Part shown: positions 27,601 to 37,169 of the stretch, piece by piece
Numbering within the stretch: the stretch's first letter is position 1
How the letters are laid out: every line of letters begins with the position of its first letter
NCBI GenBank assembly: GCA_039030515.1
Contig: JBCCEA010000012.1
Coordinates: forward strand, 1 to 64,000
DNA: 64,000 nt
Origin: Myxococcota bacterium
Lineage (GTDB): Bacteria; Myxococcota_A; Polyangia; Polyangiales; Houyiibacteriaceae
Direction: 5' to 3'
The notes under the pieces: generated by a model
What the model saw: only the letters and a program-made list of their open reading frames with translations
Told to the model about the DNA's origin: nothing
Database searches by the model: none
Position numbers and translations under genes: made by a program

Positions 27601-29694
27601 ATGAAAAAGAATACAGAAAAGGCACTTCGCCGGGCACCTCAGAGGGGAAGCAAAAAAGCAGGCGCTTCGAAGACTACAACCGGGGTACGCGGATCGGGCG
27701 CAGCTTCCGATACCGAGACTACCAAGGGAACGCGGCGCGCTCGCTCGGCACCTCGAACTCCCAAGCGGAGCCAGAATGAGGTCATTCTGCAGGCCCTCGC
27801 AGACCGCGCGGTCACCGCGATCATGATCGTCGATACCGATCTGGTGGTGACCTACGCCAATGCCGCCACAAGAACGCTTGTAAACGACTACCGCGATGAG
27901 TTCCTCGCCGCCTATCCAGGCTTCAATCCGGACGATCTCGTTGGAACCTGCATCGATACCTTTCACAAAAATCCCGCGCATCAAAGGCGCATCCTGGGCG
28001 ACCCAAGTCAGCTGCCGCGTAAGGTCGACATCCATGTCGGACACGCGACCTTTGAGATCAACGCCAATGCGCTGGTCGACGAAAAGGGCGAACTGCTGGG
28101 CAACTCTCTCGAGTGGACTGACGCCACGAAAACCCGCAAGAGAGAGCGCGATGTGGGACGTCTCGAAACCGCGGTCAACGGTTGCTCCAACGCGCTGATG
28201 ATGGTCGACAAAGATCTCAACGTCACCTACGTCAACGAAGCCACCCGCAACATGCTCCGCAGCAAAGAGCGGGATCTCCAGAGCTTGTTTCCGAGTTTCA
28301 GCGTCGACGGCCTCGTCGGGATGAACATCGACACCTTCCATAAAAACCCCGCGCACCAAAGGCGCATCTTGGGCGACCCCTCTCGCCTGCCCTACAGCAC
28401 GGACATCCAAGTCGGGCCCTTTTGTTTTGAGATCACCGTAAGTGCAATCTTTGATGGTGCCGGGAATCTCGACGGGGCGACCATGGAATGGACCGAGGTG
28501 ACGGCGCAACGTTCGGCGGAGTCCGACATCGATCGACTCATCAAGCTTGCCTCAGCAGGAAACTTGGCCGAACGGATCGACATCTCCCGCTACGAGGGGT
28601 TTTTGCTTCAGCTCGGCACCCAACTGAACTCACTTCTCGATTCTATTTCAGAGCCTTTTGCCGAGTTCCGCCGAATCTCTTCCGCACTCGCAGACGGAGA
28701 TCTCTCGTCTACGATCGAAAAGAGCTTCGGAGGGGAATTTGGGGCGCTTGCCGACGACCTCAACAAGTCGGTGCAGAATCTCGGTCAAATGGTGGAGCAG
28801 ATCCGCGACTCTTCGAACCTCATCGCGGACGGCGCTGGAAGCGTGGCTCAGGGCAACTCCAACCTCAACGACCGCACGCAGCAACAGGCTTCAGCTCTGG
28901 TAGAAACCGCATCTGCAGTGCAAGAAATTACGGGAACGGTTCAAGCCAACGCCGTCAACGCGACTGAAGCCAGAACCGTGGCGGACGACGCACAAGGCAA
29001 GGCTCGAAAAGGCGGAGAAGTCGTGGGTCGGGCGGTCTCAGCGATGGAGGGCATCAACGCAAGCTCGAAGAAGATCGCCGACATCATCGGGGTAATCGAC
29101 GAGATCGCGTTCCAAACCAATCTGCTCGCGCTCAACGCTGCGGTCGAAGCCGCACGAGCCGGAGACCAAGGCCGAGGATTCGCGGTGGTGGCCTCTGAAG
29201 TTCGCAGTCTCGCGCAGCGAAGTGCCAAGGCCGCTAAGGAGATCAAGGGACTCATCAAAGACAGCGTTGAAAAGGTGGCTCAGGGTAGCGACCTCGTAGA
29301 GCAGTCCGGCAGCGTGCTCGGGCAGATCGTAGAGGCCGTGCAAAAGGTCAACACCCTGGTCGAGGGCATCGCGGAGGCGAGCAACGAACAGGCGCAGGGC
29401 ATCGCTCAGGTCAACCAGGCGGTAGGGGAAATGGACAACATGACCCAACAGAACGCCGCCCTGGTAGAGGAAGCCTCCGCGGCGAGCGACTCGATGCGCT
29501 CTCAGGCAGACCAGCTCCAAGACCTGGTGAGCTTCTTCCGCACCAGCCGAAACGAGGGCAGCAATCTAGAAGCCCGAAAGTCCCCCGTCACCGATAGGCA
29601 GCGCAAAGCGCCCGTGAAACCTCCAAGCCGAAGCAACGGTGCACATCACGGTTCAAACGGGGCCAGCGCTTCCAACGAATGGTCCGAATTCTAG
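27601..29694 (+). CDS. Soluble Aer2/McpB-like chemoreceptor: PAS-PAS-HAMP-MCP signal domain with C-terminal pentapeptide
   Basis: Two PAS domains, each with [15 protein letters not shown] and [30 protein letters not shown]; ends EWSEF; no TM. ATG 27601 preferred (GTG 27589 possible). Confidence 0.93.
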   Translation: MKKNTEKALRRAPQRGSKKAGASKTTTGVRGSGAASDTETTKGTRRARSAPRTPKRSQNEVILQALADRAVTAIMIVDTDLVVTYANAATRTLVNDYRDEFLAAYPGFNPDDLVGTCIDTFHKNPAHQRRILGDPSQLPRKVDIHVGHATFEINANALVDEKGELLGNSLEWTDATKTRKRERDVGRLETAVNGCSNALMMVDKDLNVTYVNEATRNMLRSKERDLQSLFPSFSVDGLVGMNIDTFHKNPAHQRRILGDPSRLPYSTDIQVGPFCFEITVSAIFDGAGNLDGATMEWTEVTAQRSAESDIDRLIKLASAGNLAERIDISRYEGFLLQLGTQLNSLLDSISEPFAEFRRISSALADGDLSSTIEKSFGGEFGALADDLNKSVQNLGQMVEQIRDSSNLIADGAGSVAQGNSNLNDRTQQQASALVETASAVQEITGTVQANAVNATEARTVADDAQGKARKGGEVVGRAVSAMEGINASSKKIADIIGVIDEIAFQTNLLALNAAVEAARAGDQGRGFAVVASEVRSLAQRSAKAAKEIKGLIKDSVEKVAQGSDLVEQSGSVLGQIVEAVQKVNTLVEGIAEASNEQAQGIAQVNQAVGEMDNMTQQNAALVEEASAASDSMRSQADQLQDLVSFFRTSRNEGSNLEARKSPVTDRQRKAPVKPPSRSNGAHHGSNGASASNEWSEF

Positions 29695-29705
29695 AGGCTT
29701 CATAG

Positions 29706-30554
29706 ATGCTGCAATCAAGCCAAGGGGATACGGACGTTTCCTTTGAGAGTCTTTCCTCCAAAGATTTTCGCTTTATCCAAGAACTGATCCGTGAGCGCGC
29801 CGGCATCGTCATCGCAGACGACAAGCAAAGCAACGTCAATGCGCGGCTCCGGCGGCGCATGCGCAAACTAAAGCTCCGCAGCTTTTCTGACTACTGCAAA
29901 CTACTGAGAGAGGGCGAGGACGAAGAGCTTCAAGAGGTGATCAACGCTCTGACGACCAACTTCACGAGCTTTTTTCGAGAGCCCCATCACTTTGACTTCC
30001 TGCGCGACCGAGTCGTGCCGGAGTTCAGCAAGACCCGAGGCAGAGATTCTTTACGGATTTGGTCCAGCGCATCTTCCACCGGGGAAGAACCCTATTCGAT
30101 CGCCATCACCCTACTCCGCGCAGGGCTCAGCGCGAACTCCGTTCGCATCCTCGCGACGGATATCGACAGCGCGGTGCTCGATACCGCATCCCAAGGGGTT
30201 TATGACATGGAAGCTGTAGATAGCTTCGACTCCAGCGCTAAGAAAACCTATCTGCAGCGAGGCACGGGCAACAACGACGGCAAGTTTCGAGTTGGCGAAG
30301 AGGCTCGCTCCTGCGTTCACTTCAAACAGCTCAACTTGCTCGCCCATACCTGGCCAAAGCTCCACCCGTTCGATGTGATTTTCTGTCGGAACGTGATCAT
30401 TTACTTCTCGACTGAAGACAAAATACGGCTTGTAAAGCACTTTGCGCAGGTACTGCGCCCGGGAGGGTATTTATTCCTAGGGCACAGCGAAACAATCCCG
30501 GAGATGCGCGAATACCAGAGCACGGCGTACCGCATTCATCAGAGGACGACGTGA
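29706..30554 (+). CDS. cheR: Chemotaxis methyltransferase CheR, pentapeptide-binding type
   Basis: TTNFTSFFRE, IWSSASSTGEEPYS, ATDID, RGTGNNDG beta-loop, FCRNVIIYF and GHSE motifs. Confidence 0.96.
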   Translation: MLQSSQGDTDVSFESLSSKDFRFIQELIRERAGIVIADDKQSNVNARLRRRMRKLKLRSFSDYCKLLREGEDEELQEVINALTTNFTSFFREPHHFDFLRDRVVPEFSKTRGRDSLRIWSSASSTGEEPYSIAITLLRAGLSANSVRILATDIDSAVLDTASQGVYDMEAVDSFDSSAKKTYLQRGTGNNDGKFRVGEEARSCVHFKQLNLLAHTWPKLHPFDVIFCRNVIIYFSTEDKIRLVKHFAQVLRPGGYLFLGHSETIPEMREYQSTAYRIHQRTT

Positions 30555-31162
30555 ATCTAGCCGGCAATCACAATCCTCTGCCGGCGCTACCCGGTTTCAA
30601 TCAGGTGCGACGCTATTGGGACCCCAAATTTACGAAGATCACGGCTCGCGTAAATCCAGGTGAGATTTACGTCACGGAACATGAAGAAAACATCCATACC
30701 GCACTGGGCTCATGCATTGCGGCGTGCATCCGCGATCGAAACAAAGGCATCGGCGGCATGAATCACTTCATGCTCCCCTCGGGAACCTCCGGCTCCAGCA
30801 TCGACAAGTCCTGTTACGGCGTTGCCGCCATGGAGCGACTCGTCAACGCGATCTACAGCAACGGTGGCAAGCGCTGGGCGCTTGAAGCGAAGATATTCGG
30901 AGGCGCTGAGCTGCTGGGATTTACCGATGGTGGAGTCGGCGCAGAAAATGTCGAATTTGTGCGCGAATTCCTAGATAAAGAACGCATCCCCGTGGTCAGC
31001 GAAGATGTGGGCGGCACCGAGTCGCGGCAGGTCATTTACTTCGTCCCGTGCGGGCGAGCGCTCGTCAAAGCCACCTGCGTCGAAGAGGTAGGCAAGCAGC
31101 AGCGCAACTATCAAAAAGAACTTAAGCAGCAGGAGTGGTCTGGTGACGTCGAGCTCTTCTAA
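30551..31162 (+). CDS. cheD: Chemoreceptor glutamine deamidase CheD
   Basis: PGE.YV, TALGSCIAAC, GGMNHFMLP, YG..AME.L, AKIFGG and EDVGG motifs. Confidence 0.95.
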   Translation: MNLAGNHNPLPALPGFNQVRRYWDPKFTKITARVNPGEIYVTEHEENIHTALGSCIAACIRDRNKGIGGMNHFMLPSGTSGSSIDKSCYGVAAMERLVNAIYSNGGKRWALEAKIFGGAELLGFTDGGVGAENVEFVREFLDKERIPVVSEDVGGTESRQVIYFVPCGRALVKATCVEEVGKQQRNYQKELKQQEWSGDVELF

Positions 31163-32198
31163 TCGTCAAATACGGGTCTGCATCGTGGACGACTCACGGG
31201 TCGTTCGTGTGCTCCTGAAAGAGGTCTTTAATTCGACCGATGATCTGGTGGTCGTAGGAGAAGCAAGCGACCCCTACGAGGCACGCAAAGTCATCAAGGC
31301 CACCAATCCAGACGTGCTCACCCTGGATGTTGAAATGCCTCGGATGGACGGCATCGACTTTCTCAAGAATCTCATGCGCCTGCGACCGATGCCGGTCGTG
31401 ATGGTGAGCTCGCTAACCGAGGAGGGTACCGATATCGCCCTCGAGGCGCTCAGCGTCGGCGCCGTGGACGTTATCGCCAAGCCTACGCAGGGAAGCTTTG
31501 ACGTGCAGCGTGCCGGACGGGAACTGGTAGAAAAAGTTCGAGCAGCAGCAGGAGCAAAACGACCTTCCAGGAGTGGCAAAAGTCTAACTCCCCCCAAGAT
31601 CATCAAGATACACCCTTCCATGCCGCGGCTCATCGCGATCGGAGCATCGACCGGCGGGGTCGAGGCCGTGCGCGACGTGCTCTCTGCGCTGAAGGGGGAT
31701 TTTCCGCCGATCGTCGTGACCCAACACATCATGCTCGGGTTCAGTCAAAGATTTGCAGAGCGGCTTGACGATGTCGCGAGCCTGAGTGTTCGAGAAGCAA
31801 AAGAGGGAGATATCCTGAACCGAAGATGTGTCTATGTGGCACCTGCATCCCACCACCTGACGGTCGCGCGATCGAGCAAAGGCCTTATGTCCATGCTCAC
31901 CAAGGATCCTCCGGTCAGTGGACATCGTCCCTCGGTCGACGTGCTTTTTCAGTCGGTCGCAAAAGCAACAGGCAAAGCCGTTGTCGCCACGCTGCTCACC
32001 GGCATGGGCCGAGACGGCGCTGATGGATTGCTTGCGGTAAAAGAGGCGGGGGGCCTCACAATCGCACAAGACGAGGCAAGCAGTGTGGTTTGGGGAATGC
32101 CAAAAGCAGCGATCGAACTCGGGGCGGCCCAACACGTACTCTCTCTGTCGAGCATCATCCACTCACTTGCGGGCATTCATCGCGCGACCGCCGCCTAA
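31143..32198 (+). CDS. cheB: Chemotaxis methylesterase CheB (REC + esterase)
   Basis: IVDDS, LTLDVEMP, IGASTGG, QHI, HRPSVDVLF, LTGMGRDGA and VVWGMP motifs. Confidence 0.96.
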   Translation: MTSSSSNRQIRVCIVDDSRVVRVLLKEVFNSTDDLVVVGEASDPYEARKVIKATNPDVLTLDVEMPRMDGIDFLKNLMRLRPMPVVMVSSLTEEGTDIALEALSVGAVDVIAKPTQGSFDVQRAGRELVEKVRAAAGAKRPSRSGKSLTPPKIIKIHPSMPRLIAIGASTGGVEAVRDVLSALKGDFPPIVVTQHIMLGFSQRFAERLDDVASLSVREAKEGDILNRRCVYVAPASHHLTVARSSKGLMSMLTKDPPVSGHRPSVDVLFQSVAKATGKAVVATLLTGMGRDGADGLLAVKEAGGLTIAQDEASSVVWGMPKAAIELGAAQHVLSLSSIIHSLAGIHRATAA

Positions 32199-32268
32199 GT
32201 CAGAAAACCAACCCGTCGCGCCTCAAACCGTACGCCGCTCCTAACGACCGAAAGCGTGCCGCAAAAGT

Positions 32269-33405
32269 CTAGAGGCCCTCACGAAAATCCGTAACCCGTG
32301 CCGGCGTAAACAGAGGACGACCGTCGAACTCACTCTTGCCAAATTCGGCCAGCAGCGTTTGCGCACGAGGGCTCTGAAGATACTCCGCGAAATCCTGAGC
32401 GTTCAACGTAGGTCGCGCCGCGAGCAAGATATTGCATGTCCTGAGCAGAATTTCCCCGCCCTGGACGAACACCCGGGTGCTCTTGAGCGCGCGCTCAGCG
32501 CGAAGAAAGGTACCGCGATCGGTTAGGTGGTACAGCTCTCGGTTGTCCGCTTCCCTCAGCGCGAGGTCTTGCGAACTCAGGCGTGTAAGGCGCCACTGAG
32601 GCAAACCACGATGGGGACTCAAACCGACCTGCCTCCACAATTTACGCTCCCTGGGGTCATGACTAGAGCCATCATTTCGACTCAGAAAGACCGGTCGACG
32701 CGCTCGAGTGGCAAATGTAGCGATCTTAGCAAGCGCTTCCCTAGCCGAATCTTCGGGACGCAATCGAGCCGGATTGGAGCGGGGACCCACAATAAGAAGG
32801 TGTTCGTTGAAGATGCGCGCTTGTTGAGAAGCCCAGCCGCGATCGATCGCCCGAGCGTCCAGCTCTGGATCGTAGGAGAGCGCAATATCGATGACGCCGT
32901 GTTTTAGGTTGGCAAGTGTGCGTGTGGGAACAGCCTTGACCCAGGCGATTCGGTATTCCGCTGCAGAGTGCTCGAGAAAATCCTCGGCAAGCGTTCTAAG
33001 AAGTCCAGCAGCCCCACCACGACCAGAGGCCCCTGCTCCTCCACTGCCGAGGGTAAGCCCCACCTCGTGCGCGACATTACCGTAGATCTCGAACACATGG
33101 GGCCGACCGAGATCTGCCCCTTCAGGATGCGATCTGCCAAAACCTGGTTCGAAGGAGTGGCGCCGCGATGATGCTCGGGCCTTGAACTTGAATGCAGCTT
33201 CGAGAGCCGGCCTGGTCGAGGTACCGTGATCAGGCGACTGCTGACGGAGGGACGCGCCCTGAGTCTCAAACGCCGTAGCCATTTCGTGAACCGTGCCCGA
33301 TGAGAATCCTCCACAAGCCGATGCAAAGTAGATCAGGCCTGCATAGCCCATTGAACGCGAGGACTGGGTTACGGGAGCGAATGGCGCGGGTCGGAAGTTT
33401 CGCAT
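32269..33405 (-). CDS. TupA-like (tungstate/oxyanion) substrate-binding protein, possible lipoprotein
   Basis: D.ALSY.P..D, FN....VGP.SNPA, FLSRND.S..RERKLW and Y.LTDRGTF motifs; possible lipobox FASAC. Confidence 0.7.
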   Translation of the reverse strand: MRNFRPAPFAPVTQSSRSMGYAGLIYFASACGGFSSGTVHEMATAFETQGASLRQQSPDHGTSTRPALEAAFKFKARASSRRHSFEPGFGRSHPEGADLGRPHVFEIYGNVAHEVGLTLGSGGAGASGRGGAAGLLRTLAEDFLEHSAAEYRIAWVKAVPTRTLANLKHGVIDIALSYDPELDARAIDRGWASQQARIFNEHLLIVGPRSNPARLRPEDSAREALAKIATFATRARRPVFLSRNDGSSHDPRERKLWRQVGLSPHRGLPQWRLTRLSSQDLALREADNRELYHLTDRGTFLRAERALKSTRVFVQGGEILLRTCNILLAARPTLNAQDFAEYLQSPRAQTLLAEFGKSEFDGRPLFTPARVTDFREGL

Positions 33406-33430
33406 GGTTACCTGTTTCGCATGGCTACCT
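33397..33430 (-). repeat. 17-bp tandem duplication spanning the RBS and start codon of the TupA-like gene
   Basis: Minus strand reads AGGTAGCCATGCGAAAC then AGGTAACCATGCGAAAC (1 mismatch). Confidence 0.85.
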
Positions 33431-33561
33431 AGGCCACAATCAGGAAGAAGCCTTTGGCCCCGAATAGCCCGTAGACCCGAGCAGGTCGATGGGAGACCGC
33501 ATCGCTTCAGATAGGCCCGACGGCACAGATTGGGCTTTGCAGAGGATGCCTGGTTATCATA

Positions 33562-35583
33562 GTGAGAAAAATGAGTCGAGCTTCAATCGGCGGTAGAGGG
33601 CACGTGTATCGGTTTCGCAAAGCGGGTTCTACTGAGTACGTGCGGGCAGCTGCTTATGCACTATTTTGCGCTTTATGCGCAGATTTATTTCTAACACCGG
33701 GAGTTGCCAACGCCGCCGTCCGACGTATTGAGATCAAGGAGCATCGGTTGATCTCTTCCCATCCCGACCACGGAATCTATTTTTACGCGAGCGGCAGGTC
33801 GGAACTCTCCGTCCTCAAGCAGCATCCGAGCAATCGAGTCATCGCAGGACTGCAGCGCGCACCTCAGAGCACAGGGGGGGAAGTGCGCGTTGAGGTCGAT
33901 TTCGCCGTGCTACACCGGCTCGATCAGCCGCCCTCACGACTGCTTGTCGAAATGAGCGACCGCGGCCGTAAGTTCCTGTTGCCCTGGTTGAACGACGCAG
34001 TCACGCACGCACCCAGTCCAGCGCTCAATTCACCACGGATGCTCGCAGATCTGGGAAACCGATTCGTGTTCGATCGGGGATTTGCGGTACTTTGGATCGC
34101 CTGGGATGCGACATCCGCAGATGGCGAAGACACACTCCAGATCCGTGTCCCAACCGTCGAAGGGCTCCGCCAGCGGATCCGTGAGGAGTTCATCCCCGGG
34201 ATCCGGGGACCAATGGGCCACACGGTTTCGCTCACCTACCCGGCAGCGACAGTCGACGGCGCAACCCTGCTCCGCTTTGCAATAGGAGGCGCGGAAGTAG
34301 TTCAAAGAGGAGAACCTGGTGGCTATCGCTTTCTCAACGCTCGAGCCGTGCGCCTTCCAACCGCACCGTTTGGGACTCGGTTCGCACTCATGTACGAAGC
34401 CGAAAAGCCGAGCGTCACGGGACTTGGCTTTGCGGCAGTACGCGACCTCGCTGCTGCGTTTCGTTATTGCGATGCAGCGTTGTCGACCCTGACTCCGCTC
34501 TGTGAAGGAGGATTTTCGAGTACCGTCGCGCTTGGGATTTCTCAATCCGCGCGGTTTCTGCACGACTTTATTCGGCTTGGCTTCAACCGAGACGAAGCCG
34601 GGCGAGAGGTGTTTGAGGGCGCGCTCATTCACGCTGCCGGCAGCGGCGGAGTCTTCGCCAACGAACTCTTCGCGCAACCGTTCCGCAACCGCACGCAACG
34701 TGAAGATCACGCCTATCCCGAGAGCCGATTTCCTTTTGCCTACCGGCGTCTTCGCGATCCTCGGACCGGTCGCCGAAGCGGTATCCTCCGTCACGACGGC
34801 TTCGATCCGAAGGTGCTCGAAGTCATCACTTCCACCGACTACTGGCAAAAGCAGGCATCGCTACTGCACACCGATCCGACCGGCAGAAGGGACATCCAAA
34901 GCGGCTCCAACGTGCGCCTCTACCTCGCTTCGGGAACCGCACACCTGGGCCGCGCCGGCGTTTCCGATGCGCAGCTGCCCTGCGTTTATCCTCCAAATCT
35001 ACACAGCCCCGCGCCGCTGCTCCGAGCGCTGCTGGTGGCCATGAAGCAGTGGATCGAAGACGAGACCCGACCTCCTGAAAGCCAGATCCCCCGCATCGAT
35101 GAGGGCACCCTGGTTCGGAGAAGCGCGCTTAACCGCAAAGGCCTTTTGAACATTCCGGCTGAGGTGAACCCAACCGGCAACATCGGTTCTTGGGTGACGG
35201 CAGAGCCTCATCGACTTCACGGCCGCCCTGCTGCCACCTACGTTCCTCTGGTTCCTCAGGTCGATGATTTCGGCAACGAGCTGGCCGGCGTAAAACTTCC
35301 GGACATCGCTGCACCTCGGGGCGCACATCTTGGTTGGAACCTCTACTCCCTTGCGGGACTGCGCACCGTGATGTGCGATCTTCATGGAGGTTTTTTGCCC
35401 TTTGGGGACCCTCAACTTCGCGCCCTCTACCCGGAAGATGCAGACTATCGCGCCTCGATACGCCGTTCGGCACAGGCCCTACAGGACGCACGCTTCTTGC
35501 TGCCCGAAGACGCCGCGGTCTTTATCGAACAAAGCCTCAGCGTCCTCCACCTTCGCGACCCGGGGGCTAATCTATTCGACTAA
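33562..35583 (+). CDS. Exported alpha/beta-hydrolase-domain protein (Abhydrolase_10-like)
   Basis: Signal-like segment ending ANA; GLGFAAVRDL, nucleophile elbow GISQSAR, GFNRDE.G..VFEG, YW, VPQVD..GNE motifs. Confidence 0.8.
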   Translation: MRKMSRASIGGRGHVYRFRKAGSTEYVRAAAYALFCALCADLFLTPGVANAAVRRIEIKEHRLISSHPDHGIYFYASGRSELSVLKQHPSNRVIAGLQRAPQSTGGEVRVEVDFAVLHRLDQPPSRLLVEMSDRGRKFLLPWLNDAVTHAPSPALNSPRMLADLGNRFVFDRGFAVLWIAWDATSADGEDTLQIRVPTVEGLRQRIREEFIPGIRGPMGHTVSLTYPAATVDGATLLRFAIGGAEVVQRGEPGGYRFLNARAVRLPTAPFGTRFALMYEAEKPSVTGLGFAAVRDLAAAFRYCDAALSTLTPLCEGGFSSTVALGISQSARFLHDFIRLGFNRDEAGREVFEGALIHAAGSGGVFANELFAQPFRNRTQREDHAYPESRFPFAYRRLRDPRTGRRSGILRHDGFDPKVLEVITSTDYWQKQASLLHTDPTGRRDIQSGSNVRLYLASGTAHLGRAGVSDAQLPCVYPPNLHSPAPLLRALLVAMKQWIEDETRPPESQIPRIDEGTLVRRSALNRKGLLNIPAEVNPTGNIGSWVTAEPHRLHGRPAATYVPLVPQVDDFGNELAGVKLPDIAAPRGAHLGWNLYSLAGLRTVMCDLHGGFLPFGDPQLRALYPEDADYRASIRRSAQALQDARFLLPEDAAVFIEQSLSVLHLRDPGANLFD

Positions 35584-35668
35584 AAATGGCCTATTGATAA
35601 CTGTTAGCCGCGTGAGCATACACACGGGCAGTTTGGGTTTGTCGCCCAAGTCATGCAAACGCTCGCGA

Positions 35669-37105
35669 ATGGTTCGGTTTACAGGCTCTCTATCGCGAAT
35701 TGGCTCGGTCAGGTCACCTGCCATCTACCCAACTAGGCCGCCCACGGGACCACCGGCTAGGTACTGGTCGCACCAAGGGTCAGGGGCGGCCCTTCTGCCA
35801 GACTCCTCGAAGCGCCCTGCCACCGTCCTGCCCTACTACTGTCAAGCTGGGGCACCGGTAAAGACCGCCCAGCATACGGCAGGCGGAGCGAGAGCGGCCG
35901 TAGAGGCAATGCGGAAACGTGGTTTCCCCGCCTCATTTGGTCCGCCGGTGGAGGTTTCTGAATCGACTCGAGACGACCGAATGTCGCCGTGCGGCATCAG
36001 GAATCTCGACGCGAACGTCGAAGCGTTTCAGCGGCATTTCGATCACACCCTGCGCGCGGTCTTGGGTGGAACGCTACCCGTGGGCATCGGCGGTGACCAC
36101 TCGATGGCGGCAGCGTCCATTCGAGCCACCGTGCTCGGTGAAGCGACCAATGCGATCGTCGACGGGACGCTGAGTCTCGAGCCTCGATATGGAGGGGACT
36201 CTTTGCGCCGTGAATTTGCGGAGGCGAGGACAGAGGCAAACCCGATGCGTCTCGGAGCGCTCTTAGAGCGTTGCGTCGCAAGCGGAGCCCTTCACCCACG
36301 TCGATGGGCCGCGTTTCGCCAATCGTTCCAGGTGCTTTGGTTTGACGCGCATATGGATATCAATACGCCCGGTCGACATCTAGGCATGAGCGCCTTTGCT
36401 CAGCTCACCCCACCGGAAATCGCGAATTCGGGCTTTGGTCCACTGTGGCTCGCCAACTCACCCTCGGTAAGCGGGAACCTGCACGGGATGCCCCTCAGTT
36501 TCGCCACCCGCTTAGCCCCAGACGATCCTTGGTGCACCTTTACCAACTACGGCACTCCCCTCGCCTCGATTCATCCGGCGCGCGTGACCTATGTTTTGCC
36601 GCGAGACACCGATCCGAGCGAGGTCGTGTTGGCCCAAACCTTGGGGATTCGAGTGATCACGATGGACGAAATCTCCGGCGGCTCCAAAGAAGCGCAGGCC
36701 GCGAAGCTCTGCAGTGCGATCGGGGCTGAAGTTCGCCGACATCAAGCGATGGTGCAGCGCTGCAGCAACGGCGCACCGTCCCGCTGGAGAATACTTATCC
36801 AGTTGGATGTCGATGTATTGAATGCCGAGTATGTGCCGCTCACGGGCACCCCGGTCGGTTGCGGTTCTACGCGCAATTCGACCGTAGGTCCGGGGCCTGA
36901 CGTATTGATACCGGCCCTTTATCGTGCAGCACTCGATCCCTGCGTTCGTTTGGTTGATGTGGTTGAATTCGCATTCGATGAGAAAAAAAACAGAGATAAC
37001 GGTCTGACCGTGAAGAGCGGCCTCAGTCTGGTAGACGCGCTCTTTGGAAGAAATCAGCCTCCACCACCTGGATGTCCCCGGATTTGGAAGCCGGCTCGTC
37101 TTTGA
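35669..37105 (+). CDS. Arginase/ureohydrolase family protein with insertions
   Basis: GGDHS, WFDAHMDINTP, SGNLHGMP, DVD, TGTPV and DVVE motifs. ATG 35669 chosen because the longer ORF (35384) overlaps the previous gene. Confidence 0.85.
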   Translation: MVRFTGSLSRIGSVRSPAIYPTRPPTGPPARYWSHQGSGAALLPDSSKRPATVLPYYCQAGAPVKTAQHTAGGARAAVEAMRKRGFPASFGPPVEVSESTRDDRMSPCGIRNLDANVEAFQRHFDHTLRAVLGGTLPVGIGGDHSMAAASIRATVLGEATNAIVDGTLSLEPRYGGDSLRREFAEARTEANPMRLGALLERCVASGALHPRRWAAFRQSFQVLWFDAHMDINTPGRHLGMSAFAQLTPPEIANSGFGPLWLANSPSVSGNLHGMPLSFATRLAPDDPWCTFTNYGTPLASIHPARVTYVLPRDTDPSEVVLAQTLGIRVITMDEISGGSKEAQAAKLCSAIGAEVRRHQAMVQRCSNGAPSRWRILIQLDVDVLNAEYVPLTGTPVGCGSTRNSTVGPGPDVLIPALYRAALDPCVRLVDVVEFAFDEKKNRDNGLTVKSGLSLVDALFGRNQPPPPGCPRIWKPARL

Positions 37106-37169
37106 GAACCGCTACGAACCCTGAAGACACACTTGCGGACGGCGCAAAGGCACGGGGTAGAAAGGGGCG

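Noticed and set aside
27598..28509. 303-aa antisense ORF (likewise 34030-34848, 45244-46110 and 62203-63216)
   Set aside because: Shadow ORFs opposite well-supported genes, with no motifs.
15687..32198. Functional link between the desaturase and the che cluster, by analogy to M. xanthus Che7/Des7
   Set aside because: They are separated by unrelated genes (SDR, msrB, MFS), and this is a soluble acyl-ACP type enzyme; proximity alone is insufficient.
35384..35668. Long N-terminal extensions in the ORF track (arginase; also argG 55100-55249 and MerR-TPR 51127-51405)
   Set aside because: They overlap neighbouring genes, and downstream starts fit family boundaries better.
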